Origin: Amoebidium appalachense
Lineage: Eukaryota > Protista > Ichthyosporea
Length of the DNA stretch: 64,000 nt
Direction: 5' to 3'
Assembly (NCBI GenBank): GCA_963693365.1
Contig: CAVNZM010000006.1
Location: forward strand, 11,473,355-11,537,354
Part shown: one piece after another, positions 1 through 22,510 of the stretch
Layout: each line of letters opens with the position of its first letter
Numbering within the stretch: the first letter of the stretch is position 1
The notes under the pieces: generated by a model
Told to the model about the DNA's origin: nothing
The model's database searches: none
What the model saw: only the letters and a program-made list of their open reading frames with translations
Translations under genes and position numbers: made by a program

Positions 1-2228
1 GCATCACAACGAATAAGAAACTGACCCCCCGTGGGGGAAAGATCGGGCAGGGCAAGCACTTCCTCCGATAACGCCGATTTGAAATCTTTAAACGAGCGAT
101 CTAATTCGTCCGTCCATTTTAACCGTCGGTGTTTTTCTCCGTAACACTCGGCATTGATGGGTCGGGCTCGCTCTGCATAATTTAAAATGTGACGGCGGAG
201 ATAGGAAGTAATACCCAGAAAACCCCGGAGTTGGTGTAGTGTGTTTGGTACCGGCCAATCTTTTACTGCCTGAACCTTTTTCGGGTCGGGCCGAATGCCA
301 TTCACACCTACAATCCAACCCAAAAACGGTATTTCCGTTAGCCCAATGTATGTCTTTGCCCCATCGAGCTTAACACCATATTCACCGAGACGGGTGAAAA
401 GTCGGTCAAGCTTCTGTATTAATTCTTTTTCGGTGTGTGCACCCACAGCTAAATCATCGGCATATATCACCACGTCATCGGCCAGAGGGGCCAAAATCTG
501 TGTCATGATAGATGCTAGCTGGGACGGGCAAGTACTGAGCCCCTGTGGTGCCACACAATAACGATACTGCACACCAGCCACAGAAAATCCTGTTTTTTCA
601 CGTGACTCAGCGTCTAGCAGTATTTGGTAAAAGGCACCCGACATATCAGCTTTACAGAAATACTTATACCCAGCCAACTTCTCTATTTGTTGTTGCAAGT
701 TGGGCATGGGCCAGGCAGATTTTCGAATTTGCTTGTTAAGAGCACGAAAATCAGTCAGCAGACGGTATTTTCCGTTTGGTTTTCGTATTACGAAGGTGGG
801 TGAATTATACTGACTGTGTGCTTGTTCCATCTGCCCTCTACGACACATATCCTCCACGATCTCCTTTGCAGCCTGCTCTTTCACTTGTTCCAACCTCCAC
901 TGTTTTAATCGAATCGGTGGGTTATCTCCCGTGTCTATGTGCATGGTGAATCCTTTAATCTGAGGAAATTCGTCGGGGTCCGTAGTGATGAAGCAACGAG
1001 AGTGTGCTTCTAATAGTTTCTTGACCTCCGGAAGCATACTCTGAGGCACCCTATCCCAATCAAAACCGTGGGGAGCCTGGCCGGCATCGTGTGCACCCCC
1101 ACCCGAAATTTCCGAAATTTTTCGCGGGGGGGGGGGGGGGTTTTCATGATCAACGGCACACATTGATTGGTCGATCGGTGAGTGTATCGGACCGCCTCGT
1201 GTCCCACTCACATGCCCTTCGTGCCCACACATGTTATCGGTAGGCACCCGGCCCGGTGGCACGGCCGGAGGTGAATTGGGTAGGCAACCTTCTCCACCCC
1301 CCGTTGCCCACCTGATGCACTGCGCTATTGCACCAACGACGGTTTGTGTACGACTGGGGTGGGGTTCGGCTTGCAAAACACTCAGTTCGTGTATGTACTC
1401 ATGTCGGCTCGTAGGAACGAAATGACCGATGGTACCGAACACGTTCAAATCCGGACCCACACCATTTTCGCACACAACAGCAATAGATTTATCCACACTA
1501 ATTTCACAGATGGTGGGGGGGAACTTATCTCGAAATTCACGAGTAGGCTCGAAGATACCGAGGGTGCCAGCAGCAGCAGCAGCAGCAGTCACCTGCACCG
1601 TTGCACGTAATACACATCCAAAGCCAGATTTGACGGTGGTGTCGTGCTTGACGGTAACAGGACACATTGTGTAGGGGGTGTGCAAAGATGACGTCGGCAC
1701 CACCATCCCCGACACCAGTGTTAGTGAGTGTGCTTGATGATTAGTGGTGGCAATGTGTTTGTTGGCAAAATCGTTCCCAATAATCATGTCATGCTTAATA
1801 TTTTTAATTACTAAGCAAGGCCACATGAATGTTTGAGAACCGAGGCATAACGGGAGCATCACTTCACCACTCACAGCTAGAGCTTTATCGTTTTTCCTTA
1901 CAGAAGTAACAATCACATCCGAGGGTTGCAAAGCAAACTCCTGCATGTGCCGGGAAAGAACAGCTTCACTAACCACCGTGAATGATGCCCCAGTGTCAAA
2001 CAATGCAAAGTATTTTTCATTACTCAACGTAACATTAACATAGATACGTCTTCCTGCATTGCATATGGCACTTATATCGAACACTTTTCTTATTCTATCG
2101 AGTGTTCGAAGTTTCTTTGTGGGGGGGATAGGTGTGGGGGGGTGGGGGGTCGGGGGTCGGGGGAAGGGGGCTCGGAGGGGGGAATATCGGAAGAAGCCGG
2201 GGCAGAAGCACATGGTATAGGCACATTT
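1..2228 (-). CDS. pol polyprotein (PR-RT-RNase H), partial
   Basis: Protease and YADD are in the same frame and I found no stop between 2228 and the window edge in the stretches I translated. The ORF track omits it, as expected for a frame that runs off the window. Confidence 0.85.
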
Positions 2229-2305
2229 TTAATTACTTTTTCGTGACCCACTGGGTCACAATGTGCAATACATGCCGTATACGTGCATCCAGCACCGGCA
2301 ATTAC

Positions 2306-2507
2306 CTATTTATCACTTTGCTTGCCCTTGTTCTTCTTGGCAGCTCGGGTGGGGCAATCTTTAAAACGATGCCCCGGCTGCTTGCAAGCCCAACAATTGG
2401 GCCCCCTCTTATCTTTCTTATTATCCTTAGCCCATTTGCCCCCCCCCATTAGATTTACCCTTACCACCAACATTACCCCCACTACCTCCGTGGCCACCCC
2501 CGGTTGA
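2306..2507 (-). CDS. gag C-terminal nucleocapsid region (Gly-rich segment plus CCHC knuckle), ending in TAG
   Basis: ORF 2306..2497 carries Cx2Cx4Hx4C. The Gly-rich upstream part (STGGGHGGSGGNVGGKGKSN) is in another frame that joins across the C-run at ~2439-2447. Confidence 0.75.
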
Positions 2508-4185
2508 CTAGACCACGCTTTGCTTAGTTACGTGCTAGTCCTACTTACACCTAGTAAGCCGAGCACACTGAGTGAGCTCTGAAGCCCCCGACATGCCCTT
2601 ATATCGGAGCTCGCACAGCGGCTCAGACATGCGCATCGGTATGTGCTTTTTGGCTACGAGAGCCAATCACATACGGTTCACGGTTCTGTCCCATGGCTAT
2701 CACGGTTCCAATAAACCTAGTGAGCCAATCGGGTGACAGTACTTGATTATCGATGCATTCCACAGTCATACCTCACGGCTACTTGCATATTTTCCCATGA
2801 TAAAACTATAACTTAACGCTCATGGTTCCTCTACTACGTGTCGGTCCCATGTGGCTATTATATCTGTTTTCCCATGAATAATCCTGCAAGTTGCACGTGC
2901 ACATATGTTTAACTCCATGCTCATGCGCACAAGACTGGGGGAGACATGCATACTGGCCTACCTAAGATCAAACACAGTGGTATATATACATGTACACGTG
3001 TGCGTATATCTCAACCTGTGTACATCCATACTAGATATCCGGTATAATATACCACAAGTACGTTACATATGCATGCGATGCTTCAATGGATCTAGAGAAC
3101 GTTAACAATGAGTTAAAAGCTTTGTAGCTAAAGGATATCACATTTATGCAGTGTTAATAGCACACATAAGTGAAGCTCGGGCTTAAGCATAAGCAACCTA
3201 ACAATAATTCCATTTATTCTATCTGCAGGCATGGCTACACAAGATTATACGAACTACATTATCCAGCGTATTCCAGCACAAATGTAAGCTACGTATACCT
3301 AGCAAAAAATAACGAAACAGCACTACTAACTAAGCTGCCTTTTCGTTGCTAACAAGAACCACAGTCCGAAGCAACACCCTCGTTAAGCCACGGGAGAGCT
3401 GAGCCCACCCCCGAACGTTGCCGTGGTTGTCATCTTCATGGTTGCGCATCCGCCGGCGCTCGCGAACATCCTTATCTGTAAAACCTGACTGAGCCACAAC
3501 GAAAATGCCTGAATTCTATCCCCCCCCCCCCCCCCCCCCCCCTCCCCCCTCAAACATCCCCCCCCCCCCTTTCCCTCCCCATCCCCGGCGCCCTTTTATA
3601 CCTTTCCCATACTCCTTACTACCCCCCCTCCCCCCCCCCCCCCACCCCTCTCTCCATCTTCCTCCTTCCCTCCCTCACCCTCCCCCCCCCCCCCCCCCCC
3701 TTCCTCTTCCCACGTCTCTCTAAGCACAGATGACATGAATCCTTCTCCCCCCATCCTTCACACCCACCTCCCCCCTCCCTTGGCCTCCCGCACTCTCCAC
3801 CCATGCTTTGCCCCCTCAACCCCCCCCCCCCCCCCCCCCCCAACACACACACGCATGACACGAGAAGAGGCATCCCCCCCCCCCCCCTCCCCCCCCCCCG
3901 AGGGCCTCCTTTTACGCATTTCCCACTCTTCTTATCTTACTCATCCCCCTCCCCCCCCCCCCTCCCCCCCCCCCCCCCACTTTTCACCCCCTCTCATCTT
4001 TCTCGCTCCCTACCTCACACTGGTCTCTCCCCCTCGTCCCTTTCTCCCACCACCCTCTCGAAACACATAAGACACGAAACCTTATTTCCCCATCCATCCC
4101 CCCCCCCCCCTCCCCCCCTCCCCCCCCCCCATCCCTTAGACATGTACAAATAAGACACAAACACACACACACACACACTAACATA

Positions 4186-4530
4186 ATGCCTGCAGGTATT
4201 GAGTGGCAGATCGTCATGCGAGCCCTATACCAAGGTTTCTATCGTGACCCAGAGCTACTCGCCCAACTTCCTCCCGCGCTTCAAGAGCTACTGCCAAAAG
4301 ACACAGAGGATGCTACAGGCATTTTGCGCAGAAAAACAATAACGGGTACTTACGGGCCAGCAGCCGCAGCTCCAGCACAGAAGAAGCGCAGGGGCAAGAC
4401 CATTAGCGTTGAGAGCAGTCCTTATCCTGACCTAAAACAACAAATCATTCAGTACATTCGAATTCGTGCAGCTTACTTCCGGGACAAACCAAGCGGTCTA
4501 GAGCTTGCACAGGCAGCATGCCCCATATAG
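4186..4530 (+). CDS. orphan ORF or terminal exon (114 aa) with a basic NLS-like patch (KKRRGK); possibly TE-derived
   Basis: Non-repetitive ORF preceded by a (CA)-rich tract, CTAAC and CCTGCAG. Codon third positions are more A/T-rich than in host genes. No family recognised. Confidence 0.4.
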   Translation: MPAGIEWQIVMRALYQGFYRDPELLAQLPPALQELLPKDTEDATGILRRKTITGTYGPAAAAPAQKKRRGKTISVESSPYPDLKQQIIQYIRIRAAYFRDKPSGLELAQAACPI

Positions 4531-5069
4531 TGACAGACGCAATCTATCATGCAGAGAGTTGGGCACAGAAAGTGGTGAATCCATTAGCTTTTGAGAGACT
4601 ATGTGCAATTTTGCCTTGGAAGGAAAGCCAAAACAATCACCAGTATGCAGTCATTCCTCTCAGGCCAGGGCTCTAGTCTAGCAGCACGATAAAGCCTATG
4701 ATAATGATAGATGTGTAAAATGTAAAAAGTAAGATAGAAATGTAAATATGGCTAGTTAAGATTGTGTGCCTTAACAACGTATACTGCCTCGTTATATGCA
4801 TAGAATAAAAGGAAAATTCTTATAAAGGGCTAAAAGCAAAACGGAACACGCTGATGTTAACCATGGCAACAAATTGATGCAGTCGTTAAAGAAAAAGGTG
4901 AAATGTTCTAAGAAAACTGTGTTCCTTTTTTAAAGAAACTTCTATCACACCCGTGGTTTATGTATGTAAATTATCCGACGAGGGAGGGTTTGAGTGTGCA
5001 AAAAAGGGGAGGGTGGATGCGTGGCAACAGGTGTATGTATTTTTGTTTCTGTGTGTGCGCGCGCATGTG

Positions 5070-5077
5070 CGGGCCGG

Positions 5078-5149
<72 letters not shown>

Positions 5150-5206
5150 ATGCGTGCGTGTGTGCGTGCGTGCGTGTGTGTGTGTGTGCGTGCGCACGCG
5201 CGCGTG

Positions 5207-5263
<57 letters not shown>

Positions 5264-6233
5264 ATTTGTGTGTGCACGCGCACGCGCGAGTGTTGTGACA
5301 TAAACTTTCACCAAGTTTAGGGGTGTGTGTGTAAGCATGAAGTGTGTACTTGTGTGTGTGGGTGGCAGGGCAGGGAAGGCGAGAATGAGGGGCATGGCGA
5401 AGAAAGCCCAGCACTCACAAAGGCTACAAGTAAGCACCCACCTCGGAGCGTGGATTCTATAAACAGTCCGCTCCATGCAGCCTGTCAACGATTCACCGTT
5501 ATAATGTCCATCCGAATGACAAGCAAACAACATGAAAATGGACACAACAAGCTGAGGGCTGACATTGTTCCATTGACACTAACAGAGAGAAACAAATAAA
5601 AGAGAAATACAAAAGTTATCATTGTGATAAAACCAAAACCCACAAGACTGGCCCCTCCCCCTGGGGGAGGGACCCACCCACCCCATACGCTACCATCATA
5701 TGACTATATCAGATAACTTATCACTGATGATCATCAGTATTGTACTATGATGGCAGCGCTTTACACACATTCCCAAAACGCAAGCGTTGAGGCTAACTAA
5801 TAGAAGTCACTCTTGATCACCTGAAACTCAGGCTACATGTTGTACGGTGATACCCCCTCGTCCTTCCCCCCCCCCCCCCCCGCTCCCCCCCCCCTCCCCC
5901 CCCCCCCCCCCCCCCGCCGCCCAAGGCACCCTGTCTTCCCCCCCATCCCCCTCCCCGCCCCCCGTCTCGCACTCGTCTCCAGTCGTCCCACCGCGCGCAT
6001 GCACACAGCACACACTTTCACGCATATTTGACTCACACCGAACACGTACCTGCACACGCATATCACACACGCACACGAGGTGCACAAACTTTGACCAGCG
6101 ATGAGCACATGCAGATGCACTCACCCACACCACACACACATACATTCCCCCCCACAAAGATACGCACACAAACACTGCATGATTAGCACGATAGCTTTGC
6201 CCCCAATAGAAACTAAGAAATAGTTGACCGTTG

Positions 6234-6305
<72 letters not shown>

Positions 6306-7216
6306 CGTGCACATGCGCACATCCATTTACTTGTGTAAACGAGCAGGGTGCACGAGAGGGAGGGGGGAGGGAATGGGGGGGAGGAGGTGCGTGGGGCGGG
6401 AGGGAGTGGGGGGGAGGGGGTTGATGGGGAGGGGTCGTTAGAAAATTTTATACCTAGGTTGTGGGAGGGGGGAGGGGGACGAGGTGAGTGAGGTGGGAGG
6501 GGCCGGCTGCGGAGGGAGGGGAAGGGAGGGAGGGGGGGGGGGGGGGGGGGGGGGGGGGTCGGTTCGTTTAATGAAAATGCTATCGGGCATATAGTACACA
6601 AAGTTTGTCGCGGTCAACACAAAGCAGACCTAAGGTCTTTGCTAAGAACACACTGAGTATGCATCCGGCCGAAGAAGAGCACCAGCACGAAGGGGTGGGA
6701 AGTGTGTGCGTGCGTATGTGTGTGTGTGTGTGCGGGGGTGAGATAGTTGGTGCAGCCAAAAGGAGCCGGAGGAAAGGCACCGACAAAGAAGATATGGGGA
6801 GTATGAAATCATGTGTTGTGTAAGTTAAGTGTCAGTGCATGTGTGCGTGTGATTTAGAGCGCGGACTTCTAAGGGTCGAATGGGTTGGTATTGTGCGTGT
6901 TTGCGTGTGTGTGTGGTGGGTGGCTGGTGGTGGTGGTGGTGGTGGTGGTGGTGTGTGTGTGTGTGTGTGGGAGGGGAGGGGGAGGAGGGGGGGGGGGGGA
7001 GGGGCTCACGCAAGATGTTGCAGGGTACATACACCCTGTTTGTCACTCCCCCTCCTCCGTCCAACCCCGGGCAGACTCGTGGCCCCAACTCCACCCCCTT
7101 CTCCCAATCACCCTTTCTATCACACCTCATCTTTAGTTACGTCCCCCCTCCCCCTGCCCCCCTTCACCACCACCACTTGCAGCCCCTTGGCTACTAATGA
7201 ATGCTCAGAGTTTGCC

Positions 7217-7250
<34 letters not shown>

Positions 7251-7295
7251 GGCCCTCCACTGCCACTGGCTACCGCCCCCGCCCCCCACCCTTTC

Positions 7296-7376
<81 letters not shown>

Positions 7377-7610
7377 CCCCGCCCCCACCCCCCTCTCTCC
7401 CACCCTGCTCCCGTCACTCTCCCGCTCTCCCAATCTTCCCCTACCCCACCCTCCCCCCCCCCCCCCCCAAAACACACACACACACGCAGCAGAGCACAAG
7501 TCCAACCACCGGTCCTCCCCTACACATCGACCCTACGGCAACCACTTCTTTTTCCTCTCCCTGGCCAGCCCTTTGTCCCCGCCATCCCCGTTCACCCATC
7601 TCTGCACCTC

Positions 7611-7648
<38 letters not shown>

Positions 7649-7835
7649 TTTCTTCCCCCCCCCTTATTACCACTGATTCCTTGCTACCTCCCCCCCCCCC
7701 CTCCCCCCCCCCCCCCCCCTCCCCTCCCCCCCCCCCCCTCCCCTTGCAATCCAACTCCTCTCCCTGCCCCTCAGTGACACACCCTTTTCCCCCCACCCCC
7801 CCACCCCTCCCCCCCTCCCCTCCTCCACCCACACC

Positions 7836-7882
<47 letters not shown>

Positions 7883-7900
7883 TTCTTCTGCCCCAAGGCT
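5070..7900. repeat. low-complexity block of (GT)n, (CT)n, poly-C and poly-G tracts, representative of many similar intronic tracts across the window
   Basis: Directly visible; such tracts produce the spurious His-Thr, Cys-Val and poly-Pro ORFs. Confidence 0.9.
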
Positions 7901-8158
7901 AACTGGTGAAAAAGAAAGAAGGGAATCATACCAATTTGTTGGCAGATGCCCCCTGGTGGTGAGGCATTTTGCTCTGTTTTTCAAAGTAGGCACCCGTAGA
8001 TGGAGTGGAAATTCCGATGATTAAATGCAGGCACTTATCCATTTAGTTGCAAAGACTCGGCCCTTTATTCTGACACTCACTAGCGCCCCATGCTGGTTCG
8101 GGAATCCTGCCCTACACTTTAAAGCGGCTCCTGTCAGTCTGCTCCGCCGTTTTGTGAC

Positions 8159-8420
8159 CAGGGGCAGGGGGAACTCCCGCCCAAACTTGCGCAAATTCGG
8201 TTCTGCACTGAATTCAGTGCACTGAATTAGACTCGTCACGCACTGTTCAGTGCACTGCACTGAATGATTCAGTGCACATTACTGTAGGTTTGGGCCGGGC
8301 CGCCATCACTCGACGAGGTCATGCACTGAATTACAATAGATCTTGGTGACGCTCGGGTCCCACTGCCCGCCGTCCGCCGCACCGTTGTGCCAAATCTACA
8401 GTGCACTGTAACCCCACCCC
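8159..8420. repeat. cluster of TGCACTGAAT / ATTCAGTGCA motifs in both orientations following CAGGGG; resembles a DNA-transposon end
   Basis: Palindrome TGCACTGAATTCAGTGCA at ~8204, with further copies at ~8240-8277, ~8322 and ~8399. No matching second TIR or TSD found. Confidence 0.45.
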
Positions 8421-8740
8421 AGGACACCCTATAAACCCTAGGCTTTTTTTAGTAATTGTAAATGTACATATTCCGAATAAGGGTCTGCGTGGTCCATTTC
8501 TCCTTCTTCTTAACTTGTCTTTCTTGCGATCATAGCTTAGCAGCCTGGTGTAAGTGATTGTGCTTCTGGGCAGCACTTGGTCGACTCTATTGTGTTATAC
8601 ACTCTTGAGGTTCGACGACCCACTTGCACACGTTAGAAAGACTTATTTATACAAAATACGAATAGAAGACCCATATGGAAAAAAATCTAAAAAAAATTGC
8701 AAATCAATGATTGCATATACACACAGAAGTCATAAATTAT

Positions 8741-8961
8741 TCTTTGCCTCGAGTAAACAGCGTAAACCCCCCCCCAACTAATTGATTTCTCCTTGTAGTC
8801 TTTATGGTGTCTCGTAGAGAAAGTAAACCCTGATATATAGTCACCACCCGACATCTATGTACGTGATCATGATATACCGCTGAGGGGATATTCCGAGCAA
8901 AACCCCCCCCCCCATACCTGAGACTGGTTCTCTTTGCCTCGAGTAAACAGCGTAAACCCCC
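8741..8961 (+). repeat. 31-bp direct repeat pair, 190 bp apart
   Basis: TCTTTGCCTCGAGTAAACAGCGTAAACCCCC at 8741-8771 and 8931-8961. Confidence 0.85.
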
Positions 8962-9396
8962 AATTATATATCTACACGCAGAAGCTGGTCTGCCCTCTGA
9001 GGCCTCCTAGGTGAAGATGAGTCTGCAAATTCAATTGAGTAAATCTGCGGTAGTGGTCTGCACTGTGCTACGTAGGGGCTCGTAGCTCAGCCTCAGATCT
9101 ATCCGACATGTTTCAACAATGATGATGTTTGCGGTAGCTGATTGGCTGATCTGACAGTCTGGCTGCCGGCTGGGCGGGATATTCGTTTCTGCGGTCCTGC
9201 CATATTTGGGCGATCCTGGCCATATTTGGCTTCCCTGTCAGTGGAATTTGTGGATCAGAGATTGTAAACGTTTGAACTTCTTAGGATGTCGCTGTTGGTG
9301 TTCAGTGTCGAGTCCGACGTGCATGCAAGTGCACTGTTTATTCTTTCTTGTTCGTTTACACCGTTCGTTTGTACACTCTTTTTCTCACCACCGAAA

Positions 9397-15153
<5,757 letters not shown>

Positions 15154-15791
15154 ACGGCACTGCGTGCCTGCCTGTTGCGCAGTAAAGACATAAGTGATAA
15201 TTTTGTGTGTACATACTGGGCAGCTAAAGTGTGCACATATGATCTATGGCGGCCATCATTGAATGGCAATGGGTTCGTGATCACGAGGGCAAAGGGCTAA
15301 GCTCCACATGGATGCACTGGTGTTGTTGTGGCCGTGCTGTTGCCATTGATGTAGCGGCAGAGCTTGCAACCCGTGGGTATATATGGCTGCCATTGTGCTC
15401 CTGAGGACTGCCTAGGCCTAGGCCTACATGTTGACGCGGGAGACGAGTGCGTGAAGTTGCCAAAGGTCTGTCGACAGCCAGCCTGAGCTGAGTCTGACAG
15501 ACTGAACAGATGGAGTATACCCGCCGGAATGCGGAATCTTGGGGATTCGTGGTGATGATTGGCTGCTTTTTATCACCAACAAATCTGTCAAATCTATGCA
15601 CTCGCTGTGAGGGGTTGGCTACAAGTCACGCATAAGTTATGCTGAACATATAAGGATACGCCTGAAAGCCAATCATTTTGCTTCGTTTGCTGGTATAAAG
15701 TTTAGTGGAGTCTGAACATCTTCTGGCCAATCCATTATGTTGAAATATAGCTGGTGTCATGCAGGGCTTATGCCGCCAAGCAGAGCCACTT

Positions 15792-16580
15792 CAGGTTGTG
15801 AAATTAGGGGGTTTAGGGCCAGAAAATTGCCCCAGAAAGTCCGAATTTTGTCCGTAACTTTTTGAGGTTAGGTCCATCAATGGGTCGCTTTGCATAAACA
15901 TTTGGAAATTCTAGATTACGTTACAGCTGATAACGCAACGTTATGGGAACCTGAATAGAAAATCTAAAATGTCGTCTTCGGTTGGCATAAGCCTGTTTGG
16001 TCTAGAAATAAACTTGTGGACATTAGCTCACCGCTCTTCCACCAAGGAAAAGGGAATGGTATGTAGTTTATCAGAGCACGCCTCACAGGTAGGAAAATTT
16101 AAGCATTGTTGTTCTGGTCTGCACTGCGATAGCTCTTATAAATAACCGTTTACGCCTTCTTCTTCATCTTTTCTTCTTGGTGTCTGCAGAGGGAGAGTTC
16201 CGCGGCATCACAACAGTAAACATGCCACAAATGATTGAGAACCAATCGACCGACAGCGGCAATGTGTACAACCCGATTTACTCCCAATCGCATCGGCGGT
16301 AGCGCGTACCAAAGATCTTGCACAGTCTGGAAAGGAGGGGGGGGGGGGAGGGCAATCCAGATTCTGGAGTCTGGGTTTGGCGAATGTGAGCCAGATCTAT
16401 CGAAATCACGCATCGTCATCCGAAATCTGTGCATTTAACCAATCGCCACGAACCTGAAACGTTGTGAGATCCGTTATGACGTAATCTAGAATTTCTATGC
16501 AAAGCGACCCAAATTTTGCTCTGTTTAGGGCCATCCAGGTTACCAAAATGGCACCAGCCAAAAGCAAATTTCACACCCTG
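15792..16580. mobile_element. non-autonomous hAT-like DNA transposon (789 bp) with 14-bp TIRs and 8-bp TSD
   Basis: Left TIR CAGGTTGTGAAATT (15792-15805) and right AATTTCACACCCTG (16567-16580) differ by 1 nt. AGCCACTT flanks both sides (15784-15791, 16581-16588). Subterminal inverted module at ~15881-15920 vs ~16479-16511. Confidence 0.9.
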
Positions 16581-16957
16581 AGCCACTTCCTTCGACAACA
16601 CTCGACAGAAAGGAAAGCTGGGGCAGTTGTTGCATGCGTTAGAGCGTTTGGCTGACTCACGTTTTACGGTAACAGAATATAGGTTGACGGGGCTAGGCCA
16701 GAGAAAAAAGAGTCAGTGTCGATGTTGAGCAGGAAGAGAATTTATTGATAGGGGGCTTGTGTTGGAGCACAAACAGCGGCTTTGGGTGAGTGTGCAAAGC
16801 AGGGGCTACCTTGGATCTCGAACCCTTGACGTGCGTGATCAGAGCAGCAACATAGCAAAGAATTTTGCCGTAGCGTAGGGATCCCAACTAGGGAGATGTG
16901 TTGTTGGTTGTCGTGCTAGAGCACGCCTTTGTTTGGTCTGTGGTGAGCACGAGCAAA

Positions 16958-21897
<4,940 letters not shown>

Positions 21898-22510
21898 TGG
21901 TTGATTGGTGGGGGCTGCAATTGCACGTATGATGCACGAAGGACACGACTGCGAATGGCCACTGAGATGATGCAAGTAAATAAATAAATAATTGGGCGCC
22001 CTGACATGGGGCGTGGCTTACAATCCATGGTGTGCTGTGCCGTACCCTGCCTGCCGCTAATATGTGCCATGTGGCTGCTGCCAGGACCAGCCTGTGGCAA
22101 CCGTAGCGGCATCTATACATGTGTTATGGTGTTATGCTGTACCAGGCACGTGGCACAACGTAATGGCATCTATACATGTATGGTGTTGTGGTTCCATTTT
22201 GCTGGCTACCAGTTACGTGACACCTATGTGTAGGCCCATTATGCTGCTACTGTACCAGTTATGTGACACCTAATAGCATCTATACATTCCGCAAGGTGAC
22301 AGATCTGTACGCCATTATGCTGCTACTGGCTACATGACATATATGTGGAGCCATATTATGCTGCTCCCAGTACCAGTACATGTGCAGCAGGCCTGTTTTT
22401 ATGCTGGCCACCAGTCACGTTAGATATATGTCTAGCCCCATTATGCTGGCCCATTATGCTGGCCCATTATGCTGGCCCCAGTCAAGTAAAACAGCGACTC
22501 ATGCAGGGCC

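Larger units (their letters stand above)
1..2507 (-). mobile_element. Ty3/gypsy-type LTR retrotransposon fragment: gag C-terminus (CCHC knuckle) plus pol (protease, RT, start of RNase H); 5'-truncated and running off the left edge
   Basis: Minus strand shows the knuckle CWACKQPGHRFKDC, then protease ALFDTGASF...IIGNDF (Asp codon 1997-1995), RT motifs KPNGKYRLLTDFRALN, PQGL, YADD (464-453), FLG, and LRGFLG...FLIRCDA at the RNase H start. PR-RT-RH order is gypsy-like. Confidence 0.93.

Noticed and set aside
5698-5740. SECIS-like or miR-21-like appearance within the hairpin
   Set aside because: No proper SECIS quartet geometry, no adjacent UGA-containing gene, and only a partial short match to miR-21.
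9074-9095. tRNA-like 5' end GGGGCTCGTAGCTCAG
   Set aside because: No D-loop GG, anticodon arm or T-loop/B-box follows.
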